In this document: positions 28,004 to 29,639 of the stretch, piece by piece
Layout: the number at the start of each line of letters is the position of its first letter
Numbering within the stretch: the first letter of the stretch is position 1
Assembly (NCBI GenBank): GCA_037441845.1
Contig: JBBIRK010000010.1
Coordinates: 1-29,639, forward strand
Source: Candidatus Zixiibacteriota bacterium
GTDB lineage: Bacteria > Zixibacteria > MSB-5A5 > UBA10806 > 4484-95
DNA length: 29,639 nt
Direction of reading: 5' to 3'
Position numbers and translations under genes: made by a program
Notes under the pieces: model-generated
What the model saw: only the letters and a program-made list of their open reading frames with translations
Database searches by the model: none
Told to the model about the DNA's origin: nothing

Positions 28004-29271
28004 TATTCTTTTTCCAAACCGATCGACATTAACTCTTCGGGATGGATTTTGGCGAATTTGATATCCGAGCCGTCGATACCGAAAGCCTCGCGGAAAATTT
28101 TGTGGAGTCGTTCGTATTTTTCTTTGGTTATGGGAGTGGTTCCATGAGCCAATATGGAATCATTTCTGACGTTTATGATCGAGCGTAGTTCTTCTTCGTT
28201 CTCGGCATAAATTAGACCATATTTGTGTCGCATCCGGGCGAGAATCTGGAATGCTTTTTTGAATCCTAAATCTTTTTTTGCATCTTCGGGGTCCCTGCTG
28301 AAAAGTTCTATTCTGATTTCCGGCAAAAGTGAATTCAGGGGAAATTCTTTCGTCTTATGTCCGAATAGTTCCATGATCCCGACCTGAGCCAGCATTTCGC
28401 AGGCACGATATAGGCGGGCGACCGCGTCATCGTATTTACCTTCTTCAGCGCGGCGGCAGGCGTTGGCCACGAGCTCTTTCACCAAACCTTCCGAAAAATC
28501 ATCTTTCTCGATCGATTTCAGGTGTTTTACATTGTTTGCCACAGAGGCGATAAACCGCTCGAGATACCGCGGTTCAAACGGGCCGTTTTCATTTAGTTTT
28601 CTGATTCCGTTGATTCCGCTTTCGATATCCTGGATACAAGAGGAATAGCGGAACATATCCCAATCGCGGTAACCAACGCAGAACTTACGCATGTAATCGA
28701 ACAGCGCGCCGAGGCGGCCGCCGCCTTTGGCTTTGATCTTGTTCGCATCGTCGATAGCGGCCTCGAATCTGTAGGTGTTGAAATTGAGACAGAATCTTTC
28801 CTTGTCGCTTTTGGCGATAAGTTCGAACGGGTGTAAATTCCGGGTGGTTTTTTCGGATCCGTCTTGCACTATTCCGACGCCGTTTTTGGTTCGACTTGGG
28901 CCTCCGACATAGGAGATTTGGCAGCCGTAATCGGCGGCGGCCAGAACCAAAGCGGCGCTCATTACTTTGGTTCCGCCGGTGATATCGATGATGATCTGTT
29001 TTGCCTTAAGGCCCTCGCTTTCGAGCTCGTTAAATAGTTGGTTGCAAATTCGATAAGTCTTCACGATGTCTTCGTGGTTCGTGATAGTTTTAACCTGGTG
29101 CTTGAATTTGAAAGGGGCGGTGCCCAACCTGTTGATTACTTCATCGACTTTATGCTCGGTTTCGGGCGAGGGGATGAAGTAGACGTATCTGGGTTTGTGG
29201 TGTTCGATACTTTTGATGATTGGTTCCGGGGTGCCGCCTACGGTTGCTATGAGAACAAGTTCGTTTTTCAT
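28003..29271 (-). CDS. CRISPR-associated CARF-HEPN protein (TIGR02710-like, Csx1/Csm6 group)
   Basis: CARF motifs 'TVGGTPEPI' and 'IDITGGTKVMSAAL'; 'YDDAVARLYRACE'; HEPN motif 'RNDSILAHG'; 1-nt overlap with cas6. Confidence 0.88.
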   Translation of the reverse strand: MKNELVLIATVGGTPEPIIKSIEHHKPRYVYFIPSPETEHKVDEVINRLGTAPFKFKHQVKTITNHEDIVKTYRICNQLFNELESEGLKAKQIIIDITGGTKVMSAALVLAAADYGCQISYVGGPSRTKNGVGIVQDGSEKTTRNLHPFELIAKSDKERFCLNFNTYRFEAAIDDANKIKAKGGGRLGALFDYMRKFCVGYRDWDMFRYSSCIQDIESGINGIRKLNENGPFEPRYLERFIASVANNVKHLKSIEKDDFSEGLVKELVANACRRAEEGKYDDAVARLYRACEMLAQVGIMELFGHKTKEFPLNSLLPEIRIELFSRDPEDAKKDLGFKKAFQILARMRHKYGLIYAENEEELRSIINVRNDSILAHGTTPITKEKYERLHKIFREAFGIDGSDIKFAKIHPEELMSIGLEKE

Positions 29272-29500
29272 ATGATTCCTTTCCGTTGGAAAAGATATGT
29301 TTAATTTCGCTCTTCTACAATTTGAATTATCGGGGCGGTGGAATTTAGGGGCTTTTTCTTGTGATTATGTTTTCTGCAAAAAGAGATCGATTGGGCACAT
29401 ATATCAGTTATGTCAATTGCGGTTCTGCCACACTATCCTTCATTTATGCAATCTGATCTGTTTTTCCCGCAAAGTCATTTGGTATCGCCGCAACCCAATC

Positions 29501-29526
29501 TGCCATTCCCGCGAAAGCGGGAATCC
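29501..29526. repeat. REP-like palindrome
   Basis: ATTCCCGC-GAAA-GCGGGAAT perfect 8-bp stem with GNRA loop; resembles the widespread GTCATTCCCGCG..GCGGGAATCC extragenic palindromes. Single copy in the window. Confidence 0.6.
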
Positions 29527-29548
29527 CCAAGCGAGCATAGACGGTGGG

Positions 29549-29585
29549 GTCTTAATCCCTTCTTCATCAGGGAATCGATTTAGAC
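29549..29585 (-). CRISPR. Solitary CRISPR-type direct repeat (37 nt)
   Basis: Minus strand GTCTAAATCGATTCCCTGATGAAGAAGGGATTAAGAC: GT...AC ends, CCCT/AGGG stem and 8-nt 3' handle ATTAAGAC; lies about 280 nt upstream of the CARF-cas6 pair. No second copy seen in the window, so it is not a demonstrable array. Confidence 0.65.
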
Positions 29586-29639
29586 TGTCCGGGTTGTTGT
29601 GGCCTCCCGAGGCCAGCCCTCTGGAAAATATAAAGCCGA

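Overview
Bacterial chromosomal window with three parts. (1) 1-8575, + strand: the 3' part of a DUF499-type ATPase gene runs straight into a complete, translationally coupled type III-C CRISPR effector module (cmr1-cmr6-cas10/csx11-cmr4-cmr5-cmr3). No array, cas1/cas2 or cas6 follows the module, and the block ends about 520 nt from the 3' end of a tRNA-Glu(CTC) gene. Its Cas10 lacks the GGDD cyclase motif, as expected for III-C, and also has HM in place of the HD nuclease dyad. (2) 9362-20400, housekeeping core: peroxiredoxin, DUF1801, gyrA, two roadblock-like genes, an acpS-aldolase-aminotransferase-dNK-folB-folK-panB cluster whose aminotransferase lacks the PLP lysine, and a probable 6S RNA. 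(3) 20428-29639: a three-gene secreted-protein operon in which every gene is broken (5 lesions), a propeller-transglutaminase gene, a CARF-HEPN + cas6 pair, and one solitary 37-nt CRISPR-type repeat with a candidate promoter and flanking hairpins at the right edge. The best candidates for new biology are the DUF499-linked, array-less III-C complex with a catalytically silent Cas10 and the solitary-repeat RNA unit. All family calls come from motif recognition by eye; no database searches were run.
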